Of a stretch of 54,316 nucleotides of DNA, positions 19,545-31,019 are shown one piece after another (positions within the stretch are counted from its first letter, which is position 1; each line of letters starts with the position of its first letter). The translations under genes and the position numbers were made by a program. The DNA comes from an uncultured Gammaproteobacteria bacterium (GTDB taxonomy: Bacteria; Pseudomonadota; Gammaproteobacteria; JADZEE01): positions 1-54,316 of the forward strand of contig CAZBOQ010000085.1 in assembly GCA_964493555.1 (NCBI GenBank), in the 5' to 3' direction. The notes under the pieces were generated by a model. That model had not been told where the DNA came from and did not search any database. It was given only the letters and a program-made list of their open reading frames with translations.

Positions 19545-19886
19545 TTAAGTCGACTCCAGTGGGGAGTCAGGGAAAGGTAGTTGCGGAGCTCGTTGCAGCG
19601 CTTCGGCGATCTTGTTTTGGATTCGATGTATCCCAGACCCTACGTCGGTGGAGTAGGACTCTTTTTTCCGTTTGTATTCGAGGTGCTCGTGCGCAATATT
19701 TAGCGCCGCCATGACCGCAACCCGTTCGTTACCGAGCACCTTGCCGCTGTCGCGCAGTTCACGCATTCTCGAATTTAACAAGTCGGCCGATTCGTGCAAG
19801 GACTCGCGCTCATCATCTTGGCAAGCGACTAGATAATCCTTATCCAGGATGTTAACGGTGACCGCTTTCGCCTCTTCGCTCATCAA
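19545..19886 (-). CDS. zapA: Cell division protein ZapA
   Basis: VTVNILDKDYLVACQDDERESL..A..LN follows the ZapA family pattern. About 110 aa. Confidence 0.85.
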   Translation of the reverse strand: MMSEEAKAVTVNILDKDYLVACQDDERESLHESADLLNSRMRELRDSGKVLGNERVAVMAALNIAHEHLEYKRKKESYSTDVGSGIHRIQNKIAEALQRAPQLPFPDSPLEST

Positions 19887-20095
19887 CGTGACTCCATCGC
19901 TTTTAAGCGCGCTATCATAGCTTCCACACGACTGCGCGCGACTTCGGTTTTTTCAATTAAGCTTGCGCGGTCGGTAGTAAGCTGGCCCTGCTGGGAACGC
20001 AGCGCCTCATTTTCGTTGGCCAAGCCGTCGACCTTGCGTATCAACTCATCCACGCGGGCTTCGAGAGCGGCTAGTTCTAGCTTGTCGTCGTCCAT
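19883..20095 (-). CDS. Small coiled-coil protein upstream of zapA (ZapB-like / TIGR02449-like)
   Basis: 70 aa, heptad-rich (LAALEARVDELIRKVDGLANENEALR). Overlaps the zapA start by 4 nt. Confidence 0.55.
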   Translation of the reverse strand: MDDDKLELAALEARVDELIRKVDGLANENEALRSQQGQLTTDRASLIEKTEVARSRVEAMIARLKAMESR

Positions 20096-20238
20096 TTCAT
20101 TTATGACTTTTCAAGGTGATCTTAAATTACTTTAAAGCACACGCTTAAACTTCTGGCAAATATAGTTGTGCATGTGTCGGCGGTCAACCGGCAGAATAAA
20201 TGGTGTAATCTAGCCTGTATATTGCATGAAGGTGAAAC

Positions 20239-20820
20239 ATGACTGGGGCGGTCCTCGACTTCGAGGAAATTGAGCGACGCTTGACTGAAGCAAAAGCCGT
20301 TGTTGGGGCGGCAGAGTGTCACGGTACTTTTAGTGGCATTTTGTGCGCAGGCGGCGGCGCCGAGCCGGAGTTGTGGTTGGATGAGATCCTTGGGTTTGAT
20401 TCATCGGATGATTTCGCCGCGGTGGCCAGTCCACTGTTGGAATTAGCGCTGGAATTGTGGCAAAACGCGGAAGCAGAGCTCGATTCGGAGGATTTTGACT
20501 ACTCGCTACTGTTGCCGGACGATGGATGTCCGCTCACACAGCGGACTCGCTCGCTGGCGTTATGGTGTCAGGGGTTCTTATTCGGCTTTGGCAGTTCCGG
20601 CCAGCCCGCGGCGCTAGATGAGGTCGGGGAGGAATTCATCCGCGATCTGCGGGAAGTCTGCCGGGTCGACAGCGACCAACCTGACGAAGATGATGAGGAC
20701 CAGGAGCAGGCATTTGCCGAACTGGTTGAATACATACGGATTGGGGCTTTGACGCTGCGCCAGGAAGCATTGCTTTTAATTGTGGCGCCTACGCTAGGCA
20801 GCGGCACTCCGGAGAACTAG
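20239..20820 (+). CDS. ygfB: UPF0149 family protein YgfB
   Basis: ECHGTFSGILCAGG motif and an acidic C-terminal half. Conserved ygfB-pepP-ubiH-ubiI gene order. Confidence 0.75.
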   Translation: MTGAVLDFEEIERRLTEAKAVVGAAECHGTFSGILCAGGGAEPELWLDEILGFDSSDDFAAVASPLLELALELWQNAEAELDSEDFDYSLLLPDDGCPLTQRTRSLALWCQGFLFGFGSSGQPAALDEVGEEFIRDLREVCRVDSDQPDEDDEDQEQAFAELVEYIRIGALTLRQEALLLIVAPTLGSGTPEN

Positions 20821-20825
20821 CACTA

Positions 20826-22142
20826 ATGGAAAAAAAGGAATTCACGCGCCGACGCAAACGTTTAATGGACATTGTGAACGTTGGTGGGATCGCAATCCAA
20901 CCAACGTCGCCGGTGCATATCCGCAACCGCGACGTCGAATACCCCTACCGTCCCGACAGCGATTTTTACTACTTAACCGGATTTCCTGAGCCCGAAGCCG
21001 TGGCGGTATTCGTACCAGATCGGCTACAGGGTGAATACATCGTGTTCTGTCGCGAACGGGATCCGAAGATGGAAACGTGGAACGGCAGGCGCGCCGGCCT
21101 TGAAGGTGTTTGCGAACGGTACGGTGCAGACGATGCGTTTCCGTTCAGCGATATGGATGACATCATCCCGGGCTTGCTCGAGAACAAAGATCGGGTGTTC
21201 TATACGATGGGCGTGGACGCTGACTTCGATAAGCGGGTATTGAGTTGGATTAATCAGATCCGGGGGCGTGCGCGTGCAGGTGTAAAAGCGCCGGACGAGT
21301 TCGTTTCCTTGAGCCACAGCGTTCATGAAATGCGCCTGTATAAAAGTCGCCAAGAAATTAAGACGATGCAAAAGGCGGCGAAGATCTCGCACCAAGCACA
21401 TGTGCGGGCCATGCAAATGTGCCGACCAGGGTTGCGCGAATACCAGATTGAGGCGGAGTTGCAATACATGTTTGCGCAGGGCGGTGCCCGCTCGCCCGCG
21501 TATTCCTCGATCGTTGGTGGCGGAGCCAACGGCTGCATTTTGCATTACACCGATAATGATGCTGTGCTTAAAGATGGTGATCTGTTATTAATTGATGCGG
21601 GCGCGGAATATGATTACTACGCCAGCGATATCACGCGAACCTTCCCGGTGAACGGCAGGTATACCCCAGAGCAAACCGCAGTGTACGAAGTGGTGCTCGC
21701 TGCGCAAGCCGCCGCGATCCGCAAGGCCAAACCTGGGAACCACTGGAACGATCCACACGAGGCCGCAGTAAAGACAATCACGCGCGGATTGGTGGATCTG
21801 GGAATATTGAAGGGTCGTGTGCCCACTTTAATCCGCGAAGGTGCCTATAGCCGCTATTACATGCACCGCACAGGTCACTGGTTAGGGATGGACGTGCACG
21901 ATGTCGGTGATTACCGCATAAGTGGCGAGTGGCGACTGCTGGAACCCGGCATGGTGATGACTGTGGAGCCTGGCCTCTATTTTGCCGAAGGAGACAACGA
22001 GCTGGGCGAACGCTGGAGAAACATCGGCGTTCGCATTGAGGATGATGTGCTGGTGACGAAGGATGGCTATGAGGTATTAACCGACGGGATCCCGAAGACT
22101 GTGGCCGAAATCGAATCCGTAATGGCGGATGGTGCAAACTGA
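20826..22142 (+). CDS. pepP: Xaa-Pro aminopeptidase
   Basis: M24B metal-ligand pattern (DAGAEYDYYASDITRT, HRTGHWLGMDVHD, VEPG, RIEDD). 438 aa. Confidence 0.95.
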   Translation: MEKKEFTRRRKRLMDIVNVGGIAIQPTSPVHIRNRDVEYPYRPDSDFYYLTGFPEPEAVAVFVPDRLQGEYIVFCRERDPKMETWNGRRAGLEGVCERYGADDAFPFSDMDDIIPGLLENKDRVFYTMGVDADFDKRVLSWINQIRGRARAGVKAPDEFVSLSHSVHEMRLYKSRQEIKTMQKAAKISHQAHVRAMQMCRPGLREYQIEAELQYMFAQGGARSPAYSSIVGGGANGCILHYTDNDAVLKDGDLLLIDAGAEYDYYASDITRTFPVNGRYTPEQTAVYEVVLAAQAAAIRKAKPGNHWNDPHEAAVKTITRGLVDLGILKGRVPTLIREGAYSRYYMHRTGHWLGMDVHDVGDYRISGEWRLLEPGMVMTVEPGLYFAEGDNELGERWRNIGVRIEDDVLVTKDGYEVLTDGIPKTVAEIESVMADGAN

Positions 22143-23352
22143 GTTTGACTGTGCCGTAGTCGGCGGCGGTCTAGTGGGCGCAACACTTGCGTTGGCGCTG
22201 GGTCAAAACGGGATCCGCACCGCTGTTATCGAAGCTGTCGAGTTTGATGCCAGCGCACAACCTAGTTTCGATGATCGTGGACTTGCTCTCGCTGCGTCTT
22301 CGATCAGAATATTGGACGCGCTAGGTGTTGGAGAATTAAGCACGGCCGACGCTACGCCGATTGCGCGTGTGCACGTCTCCGATGAAGGACATTTTGGCGC
22401 CGTACGTTTGGCGGCTGAGGCTCTCGGTTGGTCGGAGCTCGGGCGAGTCATCATCGCCCGCCGCCTCGGTGGTGCATTACTGGCGCTCGCCAAAACTACC
22501 GAGAGCATAACCTGGTTTTGTCCGGCCCGATTGATCGGATTGTCACAGCAGTCGGACCTGGTCTCGATGCAGGTTGCGGCTGGGGCGGATAAGTTTGAGA
22601 TACAAGCGCCGCTAATGATTGTCGCCGATGGCACGGACTCGCGAACCCGGCTCGCGCTAGGTGTGGGAGTCGCGGAGTTCGACTACCAACAAGGTGCCGT
22701 GGTCACAACGGCGGCACCCGAACGTGAGCATAACAACACTGCTTTTGAACGGTTTACGCGGCAAGGTCTGGTTGCCACACTGCCCTTAGCGAATGGGCGC
22801 TGCGGACTAGTCATAGTCGCCGAACAGAGGGCCGCACAAGCGATAGCAGCGCAGGGCGATGAGGAATTTTGTAATTATATTAGCGAGCGGTTTGGCGGGC
22901 GGCTAGGGCGGGTGAGCGAAGTGGGCCAGAGGAGCGAGTACGGGTTGCGGCGGCTGAGTGCCGAGCACGTTCACGGCGCGCGCTTTGTATTGATGGGTAA
23001 CGCGGCGCAAACCGTTCACCCCAATGCGGCACAAGGGCTGAATCTCGGTTTTCGCCAGGTGGCAATCCTTGCCGAGCTGTTGGTGGACGCCTATCGGCAG
23101 GGTATTGATCTGGGTGAGCCGGCGCTGCTGTCTCGTTATGCCCAAACCGTCGACGACGATCGGCGTCGTATTCTCCGCTTTACCCACGGATTAGGCGAAT
23201 TGTTTTATAACGACTTCCCGCTGGCGATTGCGGCGCGTGGGTCGGCGATGCTCGCTATCGACTTGATCCCGGCACTGAAACGCCATGTTATCGAGGTTCT
23301 TGCGGGCCTTGCGCGTCCGCAACCGAAGTTGGTGCAAGGCCTGCCGCTGTGA
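22129..23352 (+). CDS. ubiH: 2-octaprenyl-6-methoxyphenol hydroxylase (UbiH family FAD monooxygenase)
   Basis: GGGLVGATLALAL dinucleotide fold and the later GNAAQTVHPNAAQGLNLG motif. Synteny after pepP. Confidence 0.85.
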   Translation: MVQTEFDCAVVGGGLVGATLALALGQNGIRTAVIEAVEFDASAQPSFDDRGLALAASSIRILDALGVGELSTADATPIARVHVSDEGHFGAVRLAAEALGWSELGRVIIARRLGGALLALAKTTESITWFCPARLIGLSQQSDLVSMQVAAGADKFEIQAPLMIVADGTDSRTRLALGVGVAEFDYQQGAVVTTAAPEREHNNTAFERFTRQGLVATLPLANGRCGLVIVAEQRAAQAIAAQGDEEFCNYISERFGGRLGRVSEVGQRSEYGLRRLSAEHVHGARFVLMGNAAQTVHPNAAQGLNLGFRQVAILAELLVDAYRQGIDLGEPALLSRYAQTVDDDRRRILRFTHGLGELFYNDFPLAIAARGSAMLAIDLIPALKRHVIEVLAGLARPQPKLVQGLPL

Positions 23353-24587
23353 GTCGTGCCGTGCGCGAACAGCCTGATATGGATGTCGTGATCGTGGGCG
23401 CAGGTGTGGTGGGCGCGGCACTGGCGGCATTATTACAGGTGCATAGACTCAAGGTGCTCGTTGTCGATCGCGGCAAGCCCCCGAGGCTCTCCGACGAGAA
23501 CCCTTTTGGCGGCTACGACCTTCGCACACTGGCACTAACCCTGGCGTCGCAATCCATTCTTACCAATATCGGCGCTTGGCCAGCAATTGCCGAAGAGCGT
23601 ACGGCCGGATTCTCCAGCATGGAAGTATGGGAGGCGAATCATCAGCCTGGGATCCGTTATGAAAGCGCCGCAATTGGTGAGCCCGTGCTTGGGGTTATCG
23701 TCGAGCACTCGGTGGTGCAGGCGGCGCTGTTGAAAGCACTCGTTGGTGCCGGCATCGTTCCGCGTTACGAGCAAAGCGTGGTCGGTTACCAAATCGGGAG
23801 CAAGGGGCTCAGGGTAGAGCTTGATAATGGTGAGTATATAAATACCCGATTGCTGATTGGCGCCGATGGACAGCACTCGCGGGTGCGCGAACTGTCCGGG
23901 ATTGCACTCAGTGTGGCGGATTACTACCAACACGCGGTAGTGGCAACCGTTGCCACGGAAATAGCGCATGGGCAGACGGCGCGGCAGATCTTTTTACCGA
24001 CCGGGCCACTCGCGTTCCTGCCTCTTGCGGACGCAACAACTTCATCTATTGTATGGACCACTACCCCAGCGCTTGCCATGGAGCTCGTGAATTGTGATGA
24101 CGCTGAATTCGGGCGTCGAATTGCACACGCATTCGAGTATCGCCTTGGCGAGGTCCGCTGGTGTAGCGAGCGTAAAATGTTTCCATTGCGGCGCGTACAT
24201 GCGCATCGATATATCGCCGCGCGCATTGCGCTGGTCGGCGACGCTGCGCATTGCGTACATCCACTTGCTGGCCAAGGTGCTAATCTCGGACTGTTGGATG
24301 CAGCCTCCCTTGCAGAGGTAGTCGGCGAGGCTTTGTACTATGGTCGTGATATTGGAGCTGAGCGTGTACTTCGCCGCTATGAACGCTGGCGTAAAGGGGA
24401 GACTACAATGGTGCAATTGGCGCTTGATGGATTGCAGAGGTTGTACGCCGCAGAGAGTGGGGAACTGAAGCGCTTACGGGTTGCGGGCTTAACAATGATC
24501 GATCAAATAGTACCCGCTAAGCGGCTTATCATGCGCTATGCTAGTGGGCTGGCAGGTGATCTGCCGCGTAGCGCTCAACGATCATAA
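23349..24587 (+). CDS. Ubiquinone biosynthesis FAD hydroxylase (UbiI/VisC- or UbiF-like)
   Basis: [13 protein letters not shown] and [18 protein letters not shown] motifs. 4-nt overlap with ubiH. Confidence 0.8.
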   Translation: MSRAVREQPDMDVVIVGAGVVGAALAALLQVHRLKVLVVDRGKPPRLSDENPFGGYDLRTLALTLASQSILTNIGAWPAIAEERTAGFSSMEVWEANHQPGIRYESAAIGEPVLGVIVEHSVVQAALLKALVGAGIVPRYEQSVVGYQIGSKGLRVELDNGEYINTRLLIGADGQHSRVRELSGIALSVADYYQHAVVATVATEIAHGQTARQIFLPTGPLAFLPLADATTSSIVWTTTPALAMELVNCDDAEFGRRIAHAFEYRLGEVRWCSERKMFPLRRVHAHRYIAARIALVGDAAHCVHPLAGQGANLGLLDAASLAEVVGEALYYGRDIGAERVLRRYERWRKGETTMVQLALDGLQRLYAAESGELKRLRVAGLTMIDQIVPAKRLIMRYASGLAGDLPRSAQRS

Positions 24588-24613
24588 AAAAGTGTGAAGG
24601 AGGCCGTAAAAAA

Positions 24614-25495
24614 GTGAGAAACACCATATTCGAATCGAACATCGAGGGCTTGGAATTATTGCAGCGCGGTAAGGTTCGGGACATCTATGCAATAGACAAC
24701 GAAAAATTGTTGATCGTCGCAAGTGACCGTATTTCGGCGTTCGATGTCGTGCTGCCCGATCCGATTCCGGGAAAAGGCGCGGTGCTGACCGAGCTGGCGA
24801 ATTTCTGGTTTGAAAAGATGCAAGGCACTATTGCCAATCACCTAACGGGCGATAGTGCGGAGCAATACGTTGGACCAGAAGAGGCGGCGAACCTTGGAGC
24901 GCGCGCCTCTGTTGTGAAACGCTTGAAGCCCTTACCGGTGGAGGCGATCGCGCGAGGTTATGTTATCGGTTCGGGGTGGAAGGACTATCAATCCAGCGGA
25001 GCCATTTGTGGGATTAAACTGCCGGATGGTCTCGCCCAGGCGGCCAAACTTCCCGAACCGATCTATACGCCGTCGACCAAAGCCGAAATCGGTGCCCACG
25101 ACGAAAACATTGATTTTCAGACAACTGTAGATTTGCTCGGTCGTGAGCTCGCTGAGAGGGTGCGGGCGGCGTGTCTGGACGTCTATTCGCGTGCTGCGCA
25201 ATTCGCACTGGACCGAGGCATCATCATCGCAGACACCAAATTTGAATTCGCAATCGACGATGATGGCGTGCTAGTGCTAATCGATGAAGTCTTGACGCCC
25301 GATTCCTCGAGGTTCTGGCCGGCTGACGAATATCGCACTGGCATTAGTCCGCCGAGTTTCGACAAACAGTTCGTTCGGGATTATCTAGAAACGCTGGATT
25401 GGAATAAAACCCCCCCGGCGCCTTCATTGCCTAGGGAGATCATCGAGAAGACAGCAGAGAAATATAGGGAGGCACAGCGGTTGTTGGTGTCATAA
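24614..25495 (+). CDS. purC: Phosphoribosylaminoimidazole-succinocarboxamide (SAICAR) synthase, long form
   Basis: GKVRDIY...[13 protein letters not shown] and ADTKFEF motifs. 293 aa, GTG start. Confidence 0.9.
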   Translation: MRNTIFESNIEGLELLQRGKVRDIYAIDNEKLLIVASDRISAFDVVLPDPIPGKGAVLTELANFWFEKMQGTIANHLTGDSAEQYVGPEEAANLGARASVVKRLKPLPVEAIARGYVIGSGWKDYQSSGAICGIKLPDGLAQAAKLPEPIYTPSTKAEIGAHDENIDFQTTVDLLGRELAERVRAACLDVYSRAAQFALDRGIIIADTKFEFAIDDDGVLVLIDEVLTPDSSRFWPADEYRTGISPPSFDKQFVRDYLETLDWNKTPPAPSLPREIIEKTAEKYREAQRLLVS

Positions 25496-25629
25496 CTACG
25501 CTGACAGATCTGGCACATCCAAAACGGGTAAGGGTCACGGCATCGGCGTTCGGACGAGAAAGACCGCTGACTTGAGAGTTTCGACGAGCTTAGCGCAGCG
25601 GATTGTGTTGCTCCTGGCGGACCGTGATT

Positions 25630-26799
25630 TCATCGGTCCCTTGCTTCTAATACAGAAACAGCTGGTAGTTCACGACCTTCTAGATATTCAAGAAACGCGC
25701 CGCCGCCGGTGGAGATATACGACACGTTATTGGTGATGCCGAATTTCGATATTGCGCTCAAAGTGTCGCCGCCCCCGGCGATAGAAAAACCTGGTGCAGC
25801 TGCGATCGTTGCAGCCAGCTTCCGGGTGCCGGCTGCGAAAGCGTCGAACTCGAATACACCGACTGGGCCGTTCCAGACGATAGTTCCAGCGGGTAACAGT
25901 AGCCGGGCGAGCGCCTCGGCAGTTTGCGGGCCGATGTCGAGGATCATCTCGTCAGGTTGAACTTCGTTTACCGGTTTGTGTCTTACGTCGGCCAGTGCCG
26001 AAAATTCGCTGGCACAAACAACATCAGTTGGAAGTGGTATCGCCGCACCGAGGGCATTTGCTTTGGCGATTAGTTGGCGCGCGGTTTCGAGAAGTTCCGG
26101 TTCATGCAGTGATTTGCCGATCTCATATCCGGTCGCTTTCAGAAAAGTATTGGTGATTCCGCCGCCGACGATTAACTGATCGACCTTGTCTAGCAGCGTA
26201 TCCAGCACTGTCAACTTGGAGGATACTTTGGCGCCGCCGACGATCGCGACCACCGGCGATTTCGGCGCCTTTAACGCCCGCTCCAAGGCATCGAGTTCGG
26301 CTTGCAACAGCGGGCCGGCACAAACGACGGGCGCAAATTGGGCGACACCGTGGGTTGACGCTTGTGCTCGGTGGGCGGTGGCAAACGCATCATTGACGTA
26401 GACGTCACAGAGTGCTGCAAGCTGCTTTGCAAGTTTATGGTCGTTCGCTTTTTCACCGCTCAGAAAACGAACGTTTTCGCACAATACGAGTCCTCCAGGC
26501 TCCACCTCGACCCCGCCAAGGTATTCCACCGCGAGCGGGACATCCAAGCCCAGCCGCTCACTAAGTGCCACTGCAACGGGCGCGAGTGAATACTGCGGTT
26601 CGGGAACCCCCTCGGTTGGTCTACCTAGGTGCGACAGGACGATCACTCGTGCATTCGCCTCGACAGCGGACCGGAGTGTTGGCAGCGCCGCCTCGATGCG
26701 TGAGGCGTCAGTGATCTGCCCGTTCGCTATTGGCACATTGAGATCTTCACGGATCAGCACGCGCTGACCCGCAAGCGCCAATTCCGACATCGTCAACAT
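25630..26799 (-). CDS. pgk: Phosphoglycerate kinase
   Basis: [26 protein letters not shown] and STGGGAFLE motifs. Confidence 0.95.
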   Translation of the reverse strand: MLTMSELALAGQRVLIREDLNVPIANGQITDASRIEAALPTLRSAVEANARVIVLSHLGRPTEGVPEPQYSLAPVAVALSERLGLDVPLAVEYLGGVEVEPGGLVLCENVRFLSGEKANDHKLAKQLAALCDVYVNDAFATAHRAQASTHGVAQFAPVVCAGPLLQAELDALERALKAPKSPVVAIVGGAKVSSKLTVLDTLLDKVDQLIVGGGITNTFLKATGYEIGKSLHEPELLETARQLIAKANALGAAIPLPTDVVCASEFSALADVRHKPVNEVQPDEMILDIGPQTAEALARLLLPAGTIVWNGPVGVFEFDAFAAGTRKLAATIAAAPGFSIAGGGDTLSAISKFGITNNVSYISTGGGAFLEYLEGRELPAVSVLEARDR

Positions 26800-26847
26800 A
26801 CGTTTAATAATGTATCGACTTATGTTCGGGACTGCGGCTGGTCGTGC

Positions 26848-27858
26848 TTACGCTTTATAGAGTGCGATCGTGGTATCCAACATGCGGTTGGAAAAGCCCC
26901 ACTCGTTGTCGTACCAAGCTAGCACTTTGACCAGAGTACCGTCGATCACCTTGGTCTGTGATGATTCGTAGATTGAAGATGCTGGGTTATGATTGAAATC
27001 GATCGACACCAGTGGCTCATCGTTGTAGGCAAGAATACCTTTGAGTGATCCCTCTGATGCCGCCTTTAACGTTTCGTGGACTTCCTCTCTACTGGTGGCG
27101 CGGGCGGCCTGAAAGCTCAAATCGACCAGTGACACATTTATAGTTGGTACACGTACGGCAAATCCATCGAGACGCCCGTCGAGATCGGGCAGCACCAGCC
27201 CAACCGCCGACGCCGCACCGGTGCTAGTCGGAATCATCGATTGTGTTGCAGAGCGAGCACGACGTAGATCTGTGTGAAATACATCGGTCAGCACTTGGTC
27301 ATTAGTGTAAGCGTGTATTGTGGTCATCACACCCGAAACGAGGCCGATCGCATCGTGCAGTGGCTTTACCAGTGGGGCAAGACAGTTGGTGGTGCAAGAA
27401 GCGTTGGAGATAACACGGTGTTCGGAGGTTAGATCCTCGTGGTTGACGCCGTAGACGACCGTAGCGTCGACGTTTTTGCCAGCGGGAGCGGAGATAATAA
27501 CCTTATTGGCACCACCTTCCAGATGCGCCGCTGCCTTGTCGCGGCTGGCGAAAAACCCGGTCGACTCGTGCACGACATCGACGCCAAGATCGCCCCAGGG
27601 GAGCTGTGCTGGATCGCGTTCGGATAGCACACGAATACGATCGCCGTTGACGACCATATAATCGCCGTCGACACCTACATCGCCGGGAAATGGACCGTGT
27701 GCACTGTCGTAGCGGGTCAGGTGGGCGTTTGTTTCAGGATCTCCCAGATCGTTGACGGCAACGATTTCTATCTCGTCTCTGCGCTCGCCCTCATATAGTG
27801 CACGAAGTATGTTGCGGCCAATCCTGCCGTAACCGTTGATACCGACTTTAATGCTCAT
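26848..27858 (-). CDS. Type I glyceraldehyde-3-phosphate dehydrogenase (possibly erythrose-4-phosphate dehydrogenase, given its tkt-pgk position)
   Basis: [10 protein letters not shown] Rossmann motif and catalytic [12 protein letters not shown]. It lies between tkt and pgk, where Epd lies in many gammaproteobacteria. Confidence 0.9.
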   Translation of the reverse strand: MSIKVGINGYGRIGRNILRALYEGERRDEIEIVAVNDLGDPETNAHLTRYDSAHGPFPGDVGVDGDYMVVNGDRIRVLSERDPAQLPWGDLGVDVVHESTGFFASRDKAAAHLEGGANKVIISAPAGKNVDATVVYGVNHEDLTSEHRVISNASCTTNCLAPLVKPLHDAIGLVSGVMTTIHAYTNDQVLTDVFHTDLRRARSATQSMIPTSTGAASAVGLVLPDLDGRLDGFAVRVPTINVSLVDLSFQAARATSREEVHETLKAASEGSLKGILAYNDEPLVSIDFNHNPASSIYESSQTKVIDGTLVKVLAWYDNEWGFSNRMLDTTIALYKA

Positions 27859-27928
27859 CCGAACTCTCCTTTGTTACATAGTTTTGAATATGGGCGTCTA
27901 TACCTTCGCCGATGCTAAACGAAAGGGG

Positions 27929-28017
27929 CCCACTCCCTCTGGGAGGGAGACACGATGAAGATAGAAATAGTCGTGCTTCTATCGTTCCCACTTCCACATT
28001 CTCCCAGAGGGAGTGGG
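27929..28017. repeat. Perfect 17-bp inverted repeat with a nested inner hairpin in the tkt-gap spacer
   Basis: CCCACTCCCTCTGGGAG (27929..27945) is the exact reverse complement of 28001..28017. The 55-nt spacer contains a second imperfect palindrome (ACGATGAAGATAGAA...TTCTATCGT). Confidence 0.8.
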
Positions 28018-28038
28018 TCGTCATTGTGGTTAGACAAC

Positions 28039-30078
28039 TTAATCAAAAAGCTCTTCCATCCGCGCGACAACGTTATCTTCAGTAAAGCCAAAATGCGCAA
28101 ACAGCTCTGCTGCTGGCGCCGATGCGCCATACCCGTCCATGCCTAACACTTTTCCCTTCAAGCCAACGTATTTGTGCCAGTAGTCCGGGATCCCTGCTTC
28201 GATCGCAAGCCGTCTGGTGACGTTGGGTGGTAATACTTGGTTTCGATAACTCTCTTCCTGCGCATCGAAAATGTCGGTACTGGGCATAGACACCACACGG
28301 ATTTTGCGGCCACGCCCGTTCATCAGAGTCGCTGCCGTTATCGCAAGAGCAACTTCCGAGCCAGTGGCGATCATGATCGCTTCTACCAATCCGCCGCTGG
28401 GTTCGAGCAGTACATAAGCGCCGCGCTCGACATTGGCAAGGGTGGACTCGTCACGCGCCTGCGGCGCAAGGCCTTGTCGGGTGAGGACGAGAGTGGTTGG
28501 GCCCGTCTCACGGCTAATGGCGGCACCCCAGGCAGCGGCTGTTTCCACTTCGTCGCAGGGACGCCAAACTGACATATTCGGCATCAGGCGGAGACTCGCT
28601 GTATGTTCGATCGCCTGATGCGTTGGACCGTCTTCACCCAGCCCGATTGAATCATGGGTATAGACGAATATATTGCGGAGTTTCATCAGCGCGGAGAGCC
28701 GTAAGGCGTTGCGCGCATAATCGGAAAACACCAGAAAGGTGCCCGCGTAGGGTATGAAACCACCGTGCAAGGCTAGTCCGTTCATGATCGCTGACATGGC
28801 GAACTCACGAACGCCGTAATAGAGGTAATTGCCGTCAGGTTGTTCACTTGACAGCGTTGTTGCGCCAGACCACAACGTGCCGTTCGAGCCGGTGAGGTCG
28901 GCTGAGCCACCAAGCAACTCCGGAGTCAGCGGTCCCAGCACGTCCAGCATCGACTTGGAAGCTTGGCGAGTCGCGAGCTTGCGGGGTGACGCTTGCGCTT
29001 CCACTGCGGTGTGTGCCATCGCTACACTGCTTGCCGGATCGAGTTGACCTGTAACGCGACGTTCGAATTCTGCGGCAAGTTCGGGAAAACTCTTTCGGTA
29101 GTGTGCGAACGTCTGGTTCCAATCGTGTTCCAACTCCGCGCCGCGTTCCTTAGAGTCCCAGCCGGCATAGATATGATCGGGTATTTCAAACGACGTGAAT
29201 TCCCAGCCGATCCTGGCGCGTGTCGCGGCGATCTCCTCTTCGCCCAAGGGGGCGCCGTGGCAATCCGCGGTGCCCTCTTTGCTGGGCGCACCCCAACCTA
29301 TCGTCGTTTTGCAGCACAACAGGCTCGGCCGCTCGTGATCTGCAAGTGCTTCATGTAGCGCAGCGTTCACTTGCTCCGAATCATGTCCGTCGACATCGCG
29401 AATGACCTGCCAGCCATAGGCTTCGAATCTTTTCGCAGTATCGTCGCTGAACCAACCTGAAACTTGGCCGTCGATCGAGATTCCGTTGTCGTCGTAAAGC
29501 GCAATTAGTTTGCCGAGGCCCATGGTGCCGGCGAGCGAGCACGCTTCGTGCGAAATCCCTTCCATTAGGCAACCGTCGCCCAGTGCTACATAAGTGTGAT
29601 GGTCGACGATGGTCAATTTGTCGCGATTGAAACGTGCAGCCAATGACCGTTCGGCTATTGCCATTCCCACGGCGTTGGCGAGCCCCTGACCCAGCGGGCC
29701 GGTCGTAGTCTCGACACCGGGTGTTTCGCCGTACTCGGGGTGCCCCGGCGTTTTAGAATACAGTTGTCTGAAGCGTTTTATCTCTTCGATTGAAAGTTGG
29801 TAACCACTCAAATGAAGCACGGCATAAAGCAACATCGATGCGTGTCCGTTCGATAAAACGAAACGGTCGCGGTTGAACCATCCCGGGTTGCCCGGATTGA
29901 AACGAAGATAGTCATTCCACAACACTTGAATGATGTCGGCCATGCCCATCGGCGCGCCCGGGTGACCGGAATTTGCCGTCTGAACGGCGTCCATAGTCAG
30001 GGCGCGAACGGCATTCGCCATCTCACGCCTTTTCTCTTTGGATTCCCCGTCTAAGATTAGCGGACCTGGGTTTTCCAT
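28039..30078 (-). CDS. tkt: Transketolase
   Basis: [18 protein letters not shown], ThDP motif [13 protein letters not shown], 679 aa. Confidence 0.95.
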   Translation of the reverse strand: MENPGPLILDGESKEKRREMANAVRALTMDAVQTANSGHPGAPMGMADIIQVLWNDYLRFNPGNPGWFNRDRFVLSNGHASMLLYAVLHLSGYQLSIEEIKRFRQLYSKTPGHPEYGETPGVETTTGPLGQGLANAVGMAIAERSLAARFNRDKLTIVDHHTYVALGDGCLMEGISHEACSLAGTMGLGKLIALYDDNGISIDGQVSGWFSDDTAKRFEAYGWQVIRDVDGHDSEQVNAALHEALADHERPSLLCCKTTIGWGAPSKEGTADCHGAPLGEEEIAATRARIGWEFTSFEIPDHIYAGWDSKERGAELEHDWNQTFAHYRKSFPELAAEFERRVTGQLDPASSVAMAHTAVEAQASPRKLATRQASKSMLDVLGPLTPELLGGSADLTGSNGTLWSGATTLSSEQPDGNYLYYGVREFAMSAIMNGLALHGGFIPYAGTFLVFSDYARNALRLSALMKLRNIFVYTHDSIGLGEDGPTHQAIEHTASLRLMPNMSVWRPCDEVETAAAWGAAISRETGPTTLVLTRQGLAPQARDESTLANVERGAYVLLEPSGGLVEAIMIATGSEVALAITAATLMNGRGRKIRVVSMPSTDIFDAQEESYRNQVLPPNVTRRLAIEAGIPDYWHKYVGLKGKVLGMDGYGASAPAAELFAHFGFTEDNVVARMEELFD

Positions 30079-31019
30079 TGCATTTGTTCTTCCTTATTAC
30101 GTTTATGTGGGGTGAGTCGCGCTGGCAATGATAGCGCAAAAGTTTGTCGACAAGTTGACGTTCAGTACTTGTGCGAGCGAAATAATGATTCGATTTTGGG
30201 AGTATCGATTGCTCTTCGATAGCTAACATAATGCACTGCTGGCTGGCACCTCGGCAGCCCGGCGGACAGATGGTTAAGCTGGTTGATAAGCTTGGCAGCT
30301 GCGAAATCACTCCCAGCAGGATCCTATAAGTCGAGTTACCCTAAGGCGCCAAGATGGTTTGCCTCGTCAGTCTTAATCTGTCGCCGATAGATCTCCTGCC
30401 CACAATTACCTTTGAGTTGAAGCTCTAAACACTAAAGAGAAAAAACGACTGGGGGTTAGGCGGCATTTGCAGGGCTAGACGTTGCACTCAACACTCGCGG
30501 ACAATACATAGCGTTGTGGTGTTTATCGTGGAAGCGCAGGTCATACGTATGGGCGCGAGGGAAAAAAATTTACCAGAGCGGTATTGGCGTTTTTAATACC
30601 AAGCCAATAAAGTTCCTTGCATGCCTCTCGTTCGGGCGGCTGTGCCACGTTATGATGCTTTCTGACAAATGGGTACTGGCGGCCTATACGGCGAATGTCA
30701 ACAAGGGTGCTGCTCAGAACGGCAAAATCGCTGCCCGTGATTGCGTGTTCAATGCATGCTCGAGGAGCCTCTGGTTTTTTGGCGGAGGCCCGGCTCGTCA
30801 AGACGATGTAAGCCGTAGTTAGGCGAAGATAGGTGATTATAAGAGAAATTTACGGGATATTTTGGATGATTACCTCCCAGCGTACTCTTAACACTTACTT
30901 GTTTAAAAGAAGACTGAATTTGACAGGGAAGCCTCACCCATGCAGCCCGGAAATCAGGCAGGTGGCTGCGTTCGACGCTATGGTCAGTAAAAACTGTCTC
31001 GAACCGATGGGGTGAGCCG

